DNA of 64,000 bases from Planctomycetota bacterium (lineage in GTDB: Bacteria; Planctomycetota; UBA1135; UBA2386): positions 3,133 to 67,132 of the forward strand of contig JAEUHV010000081.1 of assembly GCA_016794485.1 (NCBI GenBank), written 5' to 3'. Below the pieces are notes generated by a model. That model searched no databases. It saw only the letters and a list, made by a program, of their open reading frames with translations, and had not been told where the DNA came from. Each line of letters opens with the position of its first letter. Position 1 is the first letter of the stretch. The position numbers and the translations under genes are program-made. Of the stretch, positions 35,713 through 45,321 are shown one piece after another.

Positions 35713-37613
35713 CGATGACCATCGATCCGAAGTGGACCACGCCGCCGCGCATCGACCGCGCCGAGGCCGATGCCTGGCGTCCACCCGAGCACCTGTCGCC
35801 AACCGAGTGGGCCGATCGGTTCCGGTTCCTCGACCCTCTGGTGAACGCGGCCGGCGGCCGCTACTCGAGCGACTTCACCCCCTACGCCCGCGAGTGGCTC
35901 GACAACGCGGCGATCGGCTGGGTGCGCCAGACCACGATCGTCGCGGGCACGCAGATCGGCAAGACCGAGACCATCAACAACGCGATCGGGTTCGCGATCG
36001 CGCAGGACCCTGGGCCGGCGATGCTGGTCGTGCCGCGCGCAGTCGACATCCAGACCACGCAGGAACGCCGCCTGGTGCCGATGATCGACGCGACGCCGGT
36101 GCTGCGCGAGCAGCGCACGGACCACGCGCACGACGAGAAGCGTCGCGAGATGCTGTTCCGGCGCAGCATCCTCTACCTGCGCAGCTCGCAATCACCGGCC
36201 GACCTGGCCAGCGTGCCGGTGCGCTACCTGTTCTGCGACGAGGTCGACAAGTATCCGGGGTGGTCAGGCCGCGAGGCCGCGCCGCTCGACCTGGCGCGCG
36301 AACGGCAGCGCACGTTCTGGAACGCCACGACCTACGTCGTGTCGACCCCCACCACCCGCGACGGCACGGTCTACCGCGAGTTCCTCGACGGCGATCGCCG
36401 GCGGTATTGGCTGCCCTGTCCATTCTGTAACTGGTGGCAGCTGCTCGAATGGAAACAGATCAGGATTCCGCCGACCGTTCGCACGGCAAAGGAGATGCGG
36501 CGCGAGCGGTCAGCCACCTATCACTGCAGCCGGTGCAACGTCGCGATCCCGGACACGGCCAAGCGAGACATGCTGCGGCGCGGGGTCTGGATTCCCGAGG
36601 GCCACACGGCCGAGGCGTGGCTCGGCGGCGAGCGCGATCGCGATCGAGCCGACCACCGGAGTTACCACATCTGGGCGGCCTACTCGCCGTGGCTGACCTG
36701 GTGGGAGATCGCGGCCAAGTTCCTGAAGGCGAAGGCCGACCCGGCGAGTTCGCTGATGAACTGGGTCAACAGCTGGCTCGCCGAGGTCTGGGAAGACAAG
36801 GTCGAGGCGCCGACCGACGACAACGTCGCGGCCGCGATCGTGCCCGGCCTGACGATGGGCGGCGGCGAGCAGGTGCCGCCCCACGTGCTGGTCGCCACCG
36901 CCGGCATCGACGTGCAGAAGGACCGCGCCTACTACGTCGTGCGCGGCTGGGGCTACGACGAGGAAAGCTGGCTGCTGGCGGCCGGCCAGGTCGCGACGCT
37001 CGAGGAGCTGGGCGACGTGCTGTTCCGCAACGTGTGGGCGAGCCGCGGCAGCGTCGGCGTGCGGTGTGCCCTGATGGACTCGCGGTATCGCCGCGACGAG
37101 GTCGTCGACCTGGCCCGCCGGTGGCCGCAGCTGCGCCTCGGCGTCGGCGTCGACCGACAAGGGCCGATCGACTTCACGACCGCGCGCCTCGAGAAGCACC
37201 CGCGCACCGGCCAGCCGTTGCCGAACTCGCTGCTGATCTGGTCGCTGAGCGTGGGCCGGTTCAAGGACTACGTCGCGCACCGGATGCGCAAGCCCGAGAC
37301 CTGGCACCTGCCTGAGGACCTGCCCGACGGCTACCGCGCGCAGGTCACGAGCGAGCACAAGATCCGGGTGCGCACCGGTGCGCGCGACGTCGAGCGATGG
37401 GTCGTCAAGCCAGGCAGCGCGGCGAACCACTACTGGGACGCCGAGGTCTACGCCGCAGCTGCGGCCAAGATGATCCGGGTCGAGCTGCTGAAACGCCGCG
37501 GCGACGAACCGCCTGGTGCTCCACCACCGCCAAGCAAGCGCCCGCGGCCGCCAGGTCCGCCGCGGCGTGATCGCGAACGCGAACCCTCGAGGTTCCCGAG
37601 GCTGTCGCGATGA
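35709..37613 (+). CDS. terminase large subunit, lambda GpA family
   Basis: 634 aa. GpA-like N-terminus (LSPTEWADRFRFL..GRYSSDFTPYAREWLD), Walker-like GTQIGKTE, and a C-terminal nuclease region. Confidence 0.9.
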   Translation: MTMTIDPKWTTPPRIDRAEADAWRPPEHLSPTEWADRFRFLDPLVNAAGGRYSSDFTPYAREWLDNAAIGWVRQTTIVAGTQIGKTETINNAIGFAIAQDPGPAMLVVPRAVDIQTTQERRLVPMIDATPVLREQRTDHAHDEKRREMLFRRSILYLRSSQSPADLASVPVRYLFCDEVDKYPGWSGREAAPLDLARERQRTFWNATTYVVSTPTTRDGTVYREFLDGDRRRYWLPCPFCNWWQLLEWKQIRIPPTVRTAKEMRRERSATYHCSRCNVAIPDTAKRDMLRRGVWIPEGHTAEAWLGGERDRDRADHRSYHIWAAYSPWLTWWEIAAKFLKAKADPASSLMNWVNSWLAEVWEDKVEAPTDDNVAAAIVPGLTMGGGEQVPPHVLVATAGIDVQKDRAYYVVRGWGYDEESWLLAAGQVATLEELGDVLFRNVWASRGSVGVRCALMDSRYRRDEVVDLARRWPQLRLGVGVDRQGPIDFTTARLEKHPRTGQPLPNSLLIWSLSVGRFKDYVAHRMRKPETWHLPEDLPDGYRAQVTSEHKIRVRTGARDVERWVVKPGSAANHYWDAEVYAAAAAKMIRVELLKRRGDEPPGAPPPPSKRPRPPGPPRRDREREPSRFPRLSR

Positions 37614-37828
37614 CCAGGCACGACGAGCTGCAGGACGCCGACCACCTGCCCCTGGTCCCGTTCTGCCCGTTCCGCTGCCCGGCTTGCTCGGCAGCGAAGC
37701 CATTCACCTACGGCCAGAAGGGCCGGTTGCGCTACCACCGCTGCCAGGAGTGCGGCACGCGCTACCGGTCGCTCGAGCTGCGCCGCGAGCAGCTCGCCGA
37801 CTTCGACGCGAAGCCCGACGGTCTGTAG
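37610..37828 (+). CDS. small zinc-ribbon protein
   Basis: CPFRCPAC ... CQECG (two CxxC pairs). ATGA overlap with TerL. Confidence 0.5.
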   Translation: MTRHDELQDADHLPLVPFCPFRCPACSAAKPFTYGQKGRLRYHRCQECGTRYRSLELRREQLADFDAKPDGL

Positions 37829-37882
37829 TGCAGACCGCGCTTCTGCGCGCGTGCGAGCGGTTGAGGTAGCAAGGCGGGCTCG

Positions 37883-40800
37883 ATGGGCAACACGCACTAC
37901 TACCACATCGTGGGCGATGGGCACGTGCGCGGCACCGGTGGCGGAAACCAGCCGCAGCTGCTCGAGCCGATCGCGGGCATGACGCTGACGCTGGTCGGCG
38001 TCGCGACGCCGCCGGTGCTCAACACGATCGTGACCGGCGCGACGTCGGGCGCGCAAGCCCGCGTCACGAGCCTGCAGGATGGCGGCGGCGGCGTGTTCAT
38101 CCTGCAGCTGCTGACGCTGAACGCGCTCGCCTACACGAATGGCGAAACGGCCAACTTCGACAGCGGCGGCAGCGGTGTGATGCTCGGCATTGCGAGCATG
38201 CAGATGGCGCCCGGCCTGCTGCAGTTCGTGCCCGAGTCGAAGGACGCGATGCTGCAGACGACGTCGCCGACCGGCCTCGGCGACACCCCGTGGTGGGATC
38301 GCTGGTGCAAGACGGCGAGCGAGGTCACGGTCGCGGCAGGATGGACCGGCACGTTCACGGCAGGCCAGCGCGTCACGACCAGCGGCGGCGGTGCGTTCAC
38401 GGTGGTGCTCGTTACGGCCGGCGGCGGCGGCACGCTGTCGCTGAAGGTGGCACGCAAGACCGGCACGATCGCGGCCGCCCAGACGATCACCGGGCCCACC
38501 GGCAGCGGCACGATCAGCGTCTACCAGGGAGACCTCGCGGCGGGCAACTGGATCCAGCACAACCACATGCCGAACATCGGGGGGCTCGGCACCTACTTCG
38601 AGCGCATCCCGCACGGTTCGGGCGTCATTCGTTCCGACGGCACCGCCGACGCGACGATCGGCGTCGAGAAGTGGATCCTCGAGCAGGCGATCACGAAGCA
38701 CACCGCGTCGATCGACGCGACGGATCGCGGCGTGCGCGTGGTCCCGTTCTCGACGTTCGACGACACCCCGACGAAGGCAACGATCGGCGGGGTCGTGATC
38801 CAGACGGTCGAGTGCTCGGGCACGTTCCCCGTGACCTGGACGATCGGCGAGACCGTGACCGGCCCCGGGGGCTGGTCCGCCACCGTGCATTCGTTCAACG
38901 CGACCGCGAAGTTCCTGCACGTCGTCGAGCCGAACGGGGCGACGCTGGGTGCCGGCACGGTCACGGGCGCGACCAGCGGTGCGACCGCCACGGCGATCGC
39001 GTGCCACGGCTGGCAGAAGGGGTCGAGCTACTGGAACAACTGGAAGGCGAACAAGGACACGAGCCTGGCCGCCACCAACGGGCTGTTCTCGTCGGCGGCC
39101 GCGAAGCACGAGGGCGCGTTCCTGATGCTGTGGGAAGGCGAGCTGGGATCGCTCGGCCCGTCCGTGCTGGCGACCATACCGACGATCGAGCGCGTGGTCG
39201 AGGAGTGGCTGCGGTTCCTCGCGGACTTCCGCACCGAGCTGGGCAACTCGACGATGCCCATCACGCTGTTCTACGGCGACGTGCGGCAGCACGGCAGCGA
39301 TCTGCCTGGCGGTGCCTACCTGCTGCGTAGCTGGCTGCTGAGTGTGTCGGTGAAGGCGACGAAGGTCACGCTGACCACGGCCGACGGGCTCGAGGGCCAA
39401 AAGCTCGGCGGCCTGCCGAACCCGACCTCGTTCCTCTACTGGCGCCCGCTCGACTATGTCGAGATCGGTCGCCGTGCCTGGCGGTCGCTCGAGTTCGCGA
39501 TGAGCGAACCGGCCAGCGGCAACTTCGAACCGCTGCCCCTGATCTTGCTCGCCGGTCAATCGCACGCCGTCGGCAACGTGCCGTTCGCCTTCGCGTCGAT
39601 GGACAACGACCCGGACCTCTACAGTTCGGTGTCGTTCCCGGGCGTGTCGACGATCGATCCGAAAGTCTGGATGTGGCACGCAAGTGCGCACGTCTGGCAG
39701 AACTACGACGCGGGCCTCAACGGGAACACGTTCTTCGCACCATTCGCCGGCCTGTTCGGCAGCGAGTGCAGCCTGCTGCTGCGGCAGAAGTATCGGTTCG
39801 GCCTCGACGGCGCGCCCGGCGAGGTCGGGATGATCAAGCTGGCGGTCGGCGGCAGCAGCGTGTCGTCGACCAGCGTGGGCGCGCCGGCGTGCTGGGACCC
39901 GAACGGCAGCGCCCGGTCGACCACGACGGCCAGCATGACCGTGACCGCGCAGGCCGCGTCGCTGCCGGCGGTGCCTGCGCGCGGCCGATTCACCGCGACG
40001 GCCGGCACGTTCTCGTCCTACCAGAACCTCGCGGCCGTGACCGTCACCGGCAGCGCTGCCGGCCAGCTCGGCGCCGGCGGCAACAACACGGCGCCCGACA
40101 CGATCGCGAACGTGCACGCGGTCGCGCCAGACGGGACGTGGGTCGAGCTGATCGGCCCGTTCGTCAACGAGGGCCCGCGGTCCTTCACCCTCACGCTGGG
40201 CCCGATCCCGCTGGTCGATCGAGTCGAGGCCGAGATCCGGCTGGCCCTCGAGAAGTGCGTGACGCAGCTGCGCCGCATCCCGAAGCCGGTGCTCAAGGTC
40301 TGGTGGCAGGCCGAAGGCGACCTGCTGAACATCGCACCCTACAAGGAAGCGCTGCTGCGCACGCTGCGGTGGCTGGAGGACATCTTCGGCCAGCGGCACA
40401 AGGGAGAGACGCCGGTCGCCACGGTCATCATGGAGCTGACCGGCCGCACGCCGTGGCAGGTGTCGGACACGGCGATCGCGCAGCTGCAGCAGATCCAGGC
40501 CGAGGTCGCGGCCGAGCTGGGCAACGCGGTCGTGGTGTCGACCAGCTCGCTGCCGCAGGAATCAGCCGGGATCTTCCCGCGCACTACGCGGCAACACAAC
40601 GGGATCCACCACACGCCGCGTGGCTACATCCAGGCCGGCTATCTCGCCGACGCTGGTGCGAACGGCCTGATCGGGATCCCGGACTACCCAGCCACGAGCC
40701 CCCTCGCCGGCGTCGACCAATTTGTCGACGGTGCCGCAGATGCCGGCGGGGGTTCCACTGACAGCGGCACCGACGCAACGACCGACGCGACCGACGCGCC

Positions 40801-41050
40801 GGCAACGACCGACGAGGCCGAGACGCCAACGGCCGCGGTCGACGGCATGACCGGGCAGAGCGCGACCACGATCATGCAGCAGATCGAGGAAGCGCTGTCC
40901 GCCGGCGGCATCGACATCGCTGGCTACACGATCAACGGACGCACGGTGCAGAACCGCAGCCTGTCCGAGCTGATCGAGCTGCATCGCTACGTGACCGCGC
41001 AACAGCAGCGCGACCGAGGCATCCGCCGCACCCGCGTTCGCTTCACCTGA
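37883..41050 (+). CDS. large virion-module protein: beta-rich repeats, SASA/SGNH-type carbohydrate O-acetylesterase-like domain(s), C-terminal gpW-like head-tail joining domain
   Basis: SASA-like blocks in order: LILLAGQSHAVGN, MIKLAVGGSSV, VWWQAEGDLLN, NGIHHTPRGYIQAGYLADA. An upstream degenerate copy is present (AFLMLWEGELG ...). An acidic Thr/Asp linker follows. The last 67 aa are gpW-like, and the ORF occupies the W slot between TerL and portal. Confidence 0.6.
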   Translation: MGNTHYYHIVGDGHVRGTGGGNQPQLLEPIAGMTLTLVGVATPPVLNTIVTGATSGAQARVTSLQDGGGGVFILQLLTLNALAYTNGETANFDSGGSGVMLGIASMQMAPGLLQFVPESKDAMLQTTSPTGLGDTPWWDRWCKTASEVTVAAGWTGTFTAGQRVTTSGGGAFTVVLVTAGGGGTLSLKVARKTGTIAAAQTITGPTGSGTISVYQGDLAAGNWIQHNHMPNIGGLGTYFERIPHGSGVIRSDGTADATIGVEKWILEQAITKHTASIDATDRGVRVVPFSTFDDTPTKATIGGVVIQTVECSGTFPVTWTIGETVTGPGGWSATVHSFNATAKFLHVVEPNGATLGAGTVTGATSGATATAIACHGWQKGSSYWNNWKANKDTSLAATNGLFSSAAAKHEGAFLMLWEGELGSLGPSVLATIPTIERVVEEWLRFLADFRTELGNSTMPITLFYGDVRQHGSDLPGGAYLLRSWLLSVSVKATKVTLTTADGLEGQKLGGLPNPTSFLYWRPLDYVEIGRRAWRSLEFAMSEPASGNFEPLPLILLAGQSHAVGNVPFAFASMDNDPDLYSSVSFPGVSTIDPKVWMWHASAHVWQNYDAGLNGNTFFAPFAGLFGSECSLLLRQKYRFGLDGAPGEVGMIKLAVGGSSVSSTSVGAPACWDPNGSARSTTTASMTVTAQAASLPAVPARGRFTATAGTFSSYQNLAAVTVTGSAAGQLGAGGNNTAPDTIANVHAVAPDGTWVELIGPFVNEGPRSFTLTLGPIPLVDRVEAEIRLALEKCVTQLRRIPKPVLKVWWQAEGDLLNIAPYKEALLRTLRWLEDIFGQRHKGETPVATVIMELTGRTPWQVSDTAIAQLQQIQAEVAAELGNAVVVSTSSLPQESAGIFPRTTRQHNGIHHTPRGYIQAGYLADAGANGLIGIPDYPATSPLAGVDQFVDGAADAGGGSTDSGTDATTDATDAPATTDEAETPTAAVDGMTGQSATTIMQQIEEALSAGGIDIAGYTINGRTVQNRSLSELIELHRYVTAQQQRDRGIRRTRVRFT
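40847..41050 (+). CDS. possible nested gpW-like head-tail joining protein (in-frame internal start)
   Basis: In-frame ATG 40847 gives a 67-aa product, MTGQSATTIMQQIEEALSAGGIDIAGYTINGRTVQNRSLSELIELHRYVTAQQQRDRGIRRTRVRFT. Lambda gpW is 68 aa with a similar pattern, DGRRVEF..SVSDLKKYIAELE..RRRG. Confidence 0.4.
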   Translation: MTGQSATTIMQQIEEALSAGGIDIAGYTINGRTVQNRSLSELIELHRYVTAQQQRDRGIRRTRVRFT

Positions 41051-42723
41051 TGAGCACCATTCCGCACAACCGGGCGCCGCTGGTGCGCATCCTCGACGCG
41101 AACGGTCGCCCGTTCCCGAGCACGCGCGCGTTGTCGTCCCGATCGGGCAACGGCTTCGCCGGCGCGAAGTCGCGATCGGTCGCGCTTCGCCACGACGCGG
41201 CCCGCATGGATCGGGTGCGGACGCGCGCGCGCAGCGGATCGGCCGACGGCGACCTGGCGCCGGACCTGCAGGTGCTGCGCGAGAAGTCGCGCGCCCTGGT
41301 TCGCGACGACGCGCACGGCGCGGCCGCCGTGCGAGTGCTGGTCGAGAACGTGGTCGGCGACGGCATCCGGCCGCAGGCCGCGGTGCACCCTGAGAACACC
41401 GGCCTGACGCAGAAGCAATGCGACGAGTGGAACCGTGCCGCCGAGCGGATCTGGTGCGAGTGGGCCGCCGCGCACGCCGACGCGAACGACATCGGTTCGT
41501 TCGACGACCTGACGCGCCAGGTCTACCGTTCACGCGTCGTCGACGGCGAGGCCCTCGTGCACCGCATCGAGGTCGACGGCGACGACCGCCGGCTGCGCAC
41601 GGCCTGGGAGATGATCGACGTCGACCGCCTGCAGGACCCCACCAGGCTGCAGGCGCTGGCGGTTCGGATGGGCGTCGAGATCGGCACGCGCGGCCAGCCG
41701 GTGGCCTACTGGATCACGCCCCACCACCCGGACGACCTGCGGTTCCTCAACGGCCAGATCGTCGGGGCGAACTGGCCCGAGCGCATCGAGCGCGTGCGGC
41801 TCGGAATCTGGAACGTGCTGCACGTGTTCCGCCGCGATCGCGCGGGGCAAAGCCGCGGCCTGCCCGCGCTGACCGCCGCGATGCCGCTGTTCGAGCACCT
41901 GCACCACTACCTCGACAGCGAGATCATCGCGGCGCGTGCGAACAGCAACGTCGCGATGTTCGTGCGCCGGCCGATCGACGATCGCGATCCGGACCTCGCG
42001 CCGGTCGACGACATCGGTCCGAACGGCGACGGCGAGATCGTCTACCACGAGACCCTCGAGCCGGGCACCATCGAGTATCTGAACGAGGGCGAGGAGATCC
42101 AGCCGTTCACGCCGAACCGGCCGGGCTCGACGTTCGACCCGTTCGTGACCCGCATCCTGCGCGCGATCTGCGCCGCGATGGGGCTGCCTTACGAGCTGGT
42201 CGTGAAGGACTTCGGCCAGATGACCTACAGCAGCTCGCGCGCCGTGCTGCTCGAGGCCCGCCGCGGGTTCACCAGCGAGCAGAACTCGCTGATCGGCAGC
42301 TGGCTGCAGCCAGCGTGGGAAACCGTCATGCGCGAGGCGATCGTGCGCGGGCTGCTGCCAGTCTATCCCGCGATGGTGCAGAACCTGCGCGCGTTCCTGG
42401 CCGCGCGGTGGATCCGCCCCGCCTGGGGCTGGGTCGATCCGGTGAAGGAGATCGAGTCGGCACGGCTCGCGGTCGAGGCCAACCTGTCGACGCCGGACAT
42501 CGAAGCCTCGCGCGCCGGCCTCGACGCGACCGACATCCTCGAGCAACGCGCCCGCTTCTACGTGCGCGCCCGCGAGATCGAAGCCCGCAACGGGCTCGAG
42601 CCAGGAACCCTCACGCGCGAGCGCTCCGAGCGCATCGAGGCCGTGCAACCCAAGGCCGGCAAGGGTGAGGAACAGAAGCCACCCGCCGGCAAGAAGACGG
42701 ACGACGAGGACGACGACCAATGA
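41050..42723 (+). CDS. portal protein, lambda gpB family
   Basis: 557 aa directly after the W-like region. Lambda-family portal pattern and an acidic C-terminal tail. Confidence 0.85.
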   Translation: MSTIPHNRAPLVRILDANGRPFPSTRALSSRSGNGFAGAKSRSVALRHDAARMDRVRTRARSGSADGDLAPDLQVLREKSRALVRDDAHGAAAVRVLVENVVGDGIRPQAAVHPENTGLTQKQCDEWNRAAERIWCEWAAAHADANDIGSFDDLTRQVYRSRVVDGEALVHRIEVDGDDRRLRTAWEMIDVDRLQDPTRLQALAVRMGVEIGTRGQPVAYWITPHHPDDLRFLNGQIVGANWPERIERVRLGIWNVLHVFRRDRAGQSRGLPALTAAMPLFEHLHHYLDSEIIAARANSNVAMFVRRPIDDRDPDLAPVDDIGPNGDGEIVYHETLEPGTIEYLNEGEEIQPFTPNRPGSTFDPFVTRILRAICAAMGLPYELVVKDFGQMTYSSSRAVLLEARRGFTSEQNSLIGSWLQPAWETVMREAIVRGLLPVYPAMVQNLRAFLAARWIRPAWGWVDPVKEIESARLAVEANLSTPDIEASRAGLDATDILEQRARFYVRAREIEARNGLEPGTLTRERSERIEAVQPKAGKGEEQKPPAGKKTDDEDDDQ

Positions 42724-44780
42724 CGACGACGAAGAAGGTCCCGCTGGAAGCCTGCACGTTCCTCCTGACCGAGGCCGGCCAGGATGCCGAGGTCCTGCTG
42801 GCGGCCGCCACCGCCGAGAGCGGCGGCGAGTCGCGGTTCGAGATCGCGGCCCTGTCGGGCAAGGTGATCGAGAACCACTGGTGGTGGGGCAACCTGGCCA
42901 TCGAGCTGTCGGGCATCAAGGGCAAGGGCAAGGTGCCGGTGCTGGTCGACCACAACGTCGGCCTGCGGATCGGCGTGTCGGACGACCGCGAGATCGACGC
43001 GAAGCGCGGCCTGGTCATGCGCGGCAAGTTCCTGAAGTCGAGCCCGCTCGCGGCCCAGGTGCGCGACGAATCGAAGGACGGGTTCCCCTGGGAGGCCTCG
43101 GTGCGCGTCGTGCCGCTGAAGGTCGAACAGATCCCGGAGGGCGTCGAGGCCGAGGTCAACGGGCAGAAGGTCCGGGGGCCGGGGCACATCTTCCGTCGGT
43201 CGCAGCTGCGGGAAGTCTCCTTCACCGCACTGGGTGCCGACCACAACACTTCCGCCGCGGCGCTGTCGGAGGCGTCGCCCGAACTCGCGGTGGAGTTCTC
43301 CACACTGGCGACGAACGAGGACACGATGACGAAGAAGATCGAAGGGGCACAGGTGCCGGAGCCGCAGGCGCCGAACGAAGTGCAGTTGGCCGAGCAGCAC
43401 AAGCAGGCCGGCATCAAGGCCGAGCGCGACCGCGTGGCCGCGATCCGGTCCGCCGGCACGCCCGAGCAGGCCGCGCTGGTCGACGAGCTGATCGTCGGGG
43501 GTGCCGAAATCTCGGCGGCCCAGGCGCGCTTGTCGGAAGACCTCCGGACGCGGTTCCGCGTCATGATGAACCAGTTCGCGAACCGCGAGGGCTCGCTGAG
43601 CGGCGGCAACCGCGGCGAGCAGGTCGACACCAAGCTGGCGCAGATCAACGCGCTCGAGGAAGGCCGCGACAAGTGGGCCGCGCAGTGGGACCACGATGCG
43701 AGCCTGCGCGCGCAGTTCCTGCGCAAGGACGACTTCCTGGCGTTGCGCGACGTCGAGCTGGCGGGCTGGAACCCCTCGCGGATCCGCCGGCGCGACGACA
43801 AGGGCCAGCCGTTGGCCGTGCGTCCGTGGGACGAGGTCGCGCTGGCCGCGTCGTCGCCCTCGAGCCCGGTCACGATCGCGGGAGTGCGCGCCGGCTACGC
43901 CGCCTCGCTGCAGGCCATGCTGGGCCTGTCGTGGGCGCGCCAGATCGCCAGCGCGTTCCCGACCAGCTCGCCGTCCGAGACCTACCCGTGGCTGCGCGCA
44001 GTGCCGAACCCGCGGAAGTGGGAAGGCGAACGGACCACGCAGGAGCTGCGGTCGGACGTCGTGACGATCGTCAACGACGACTACGAGAACTCGATCGAGT
44101 TCAAGGTGCCGGACCTGCGACGCGACAAGACGGGCCAGATCATGGCCCGGGCTGCCGACCTCGCGACCCGCGTCGCGTTTTTCCCCGAGCACCTGATCAC
44201 CGCGCTGCTGACCGCGAATGGCAACGCCTACGACAACGTCGCGTTCTTCGCGACGACGCACGCCGTCGGTTCGAGCGGCACGATCAACAACAACATCCTG
44301 GCCGCCGACGGCCTGGCTGGCGGCACGGCGCCGTCGACCGCCCAGATGAGCACCAACCTGCTGCTGATCCTGGGCAAGATGCTGGCGTTCCTCGACGACC
44401 AGGCGCAGCCGGTCAACGAGGCCGCTCGCCAGCTGATGGTCATGGTGCCGGCGAACCTCTACGGCGCGACGGTTGCGGCGATCAACGCGATGTTCACCAG
44501 CGCGTCGGCGACGAACCCGCTCGGCGAGCTGGCTCGCTACGGCTTCTCGTTCACGCCGGTGCTGAACGCGCGCCTGACCACGCAGAACCAGTTCTACGTG
44601 TTCCGCGCCGACGCGGGCATCCGGTCCCTGCTGCTGCAGGAGGAAGGCGTCAACCCGGTCGAGCTGGGCCCGGACAGCGAGCACGCGAAGAAGACGAACC
44701 GCGTGCTGTTCGGCCACGGCTGGGCCGGCGGCGTCGGCTACGGCCGGTTCGAGATGGCGATCCGGGGCACGACCTCGTGA
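42720..44780 (+). CDS. prohead protease (HK97/S78-like) - scaffold-like linker - Mu gpT-like major capsid protein, single ORF
   Basis: N-terminus VPVLVDHNVGLRIG..GLVMRGKF..EASVRV..EVSFTALGADHNT (S78 pattern). Middle coiled coil (AERDRVAAIRSAG..). C-terminal ~330 aa is gpT-like (WEGERTTQELRSDVVTIVNDDYENSIEFKVPDLRRDKTG...). Confidence 0.75.
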   Translation: MTTTKKVPLEACTFLLTEAGQDAEVLLAAATAESGGESRFEIAALSGKVIENHWWWGNLAIELSGIKGKGKVPVLVDHNVGLRIGVSDDREIDAKRGLVMRGKFLKSSPLAAQVRDESKDGFPWEASVRVVPLKVEQIPEGVEAEVNGQKVRGPGHIFRRSQLREVSFTALGADHNTSAAALSEASPELAVEFSTLATNEDTMTKKIEGAQVPEPQAPNEVQLAEQHKQAGIKAERDRVAAIRSAGTPEQAALVDELIVGGAEISAAQARLSEDLRTRFRVMMNQFANREGSLSGGNRGEQVDTKLAQINALEEGRDKWAAQWDHDASLRAQFLRKDDFLALRDVELAGWNPSRIRRRDDKGQPLAVRPWDEVALAASSPSSPVTIAGVRAGYAASLQAMLGLSWARQIASAFPTSSPSETYPWLRAVPNPRKWEGERTTQELRSDVVTIVNDDYENSIEFKVPDLRRDKTGQIMARAADLATRVAFFPEHLITALLTANGNAYDNVAFFATTHAVGSSGTINNNILAADGLAGGTAPSTAQMSTNLLLILGKMLAFLDDQAQPVNEAARQLMVMVPANLYGATVAAINAMFTSASATNPLGELARYGFSFTPVLNARLTTQNQFYVFRADAGIRSLLLQEEGVNPVELGPDSEHAKKTNRVLFGHGWAGGVGYGRFEMAIRGTTS

Positions 44781-44810
44781 TCGAGCGCGGCCGCGCTGCG
44801 GCCGCCACAA

Positions 44811-44843
44811 CGCGACGCCGGCACCTGCCGCGCCGGCGTCGCG
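44811..44843 (+). terminator. stable hairpin after the capsid gene (attenuator/terminator-like, no U tract)
   Basis: CGCGACGCCGGC (44811-44822) and GCCGGCGTCGCG (44832-44843) form a perfect 12-bp stem with a 9-nt loop. A C9 run follows at 44867-44875. Confidence 0.3.
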
Positions 44844-44898
44844 CCTGACCGCGGCAGAGCAAACCACCCCCCCCCACAAGCTTCGAGGACACAGAACG

Positions 44899-45321
44899 AT
44901 GACGAATCTCACCGAATCCACGCCACGCACCTTCCGCGGTGCGCGGGACATCGTGGTCATGGCGGCCGCCGGCGTGCTTCACGCCGGCGCGATGGTCGAG
45001 GAAGACGGCTCGGGCACGCTGCAGAACCTGACCGGCGCCGGCACGACCTTCGTCGGCTGCGCGCTGCAGTCCGCGTCTGCAGCCGCCGATCGGATCGAAG
45101 TCGCCGACCGCGCGACCGTCCGCCTCACCGTCGCCAAGGCCACCAACTGGGCCGCGACCGACGTCGGCGCGACCGTCTACGCCAGCGACGGCAACGCCTT
45201 CACGCTGGTGTCGACCTCGAACCAGACGATCGGCAAGGTCGTCGAGATCGAGAGCGGCATCGGCAGCACGTCGGCCGTCGTCTGGGTCTACATCGAAGGC
45301 CAGGGCAAGCGCTCGCTGTGA
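44899..45321 (+). CDS. head decoration/cement-like protein (DUF2190-like)
   Basis: 140-aa Gly/Ala/Val-rich beta protein directly after the capsid gene. The pattern resembles DUF2190 capsid cement proteins. Confidence 0.45.
   Translation: MTNLTESTPRTFRGARDIVVMAAAGVLHAGAMVEEDGSGTLQNLTGAGTTFVGCALQSASAAADRIEVADRATVRLTVAKATNWAATDVGATVYASDGNAFTLVSTSNQTIGKVVEIESGIGSTSAVVWVYIEGQGKRSL

Noticed and set aside
37819-37837. The hairpin CGGTCTG-tagtg-CAGACCG spanning the stop of the zinc-ribbon ORF, as a terminator.
   Set aside because: It has only a 7-bp stem and no T tract, and it lies in the middle of a tightly packed late operon.
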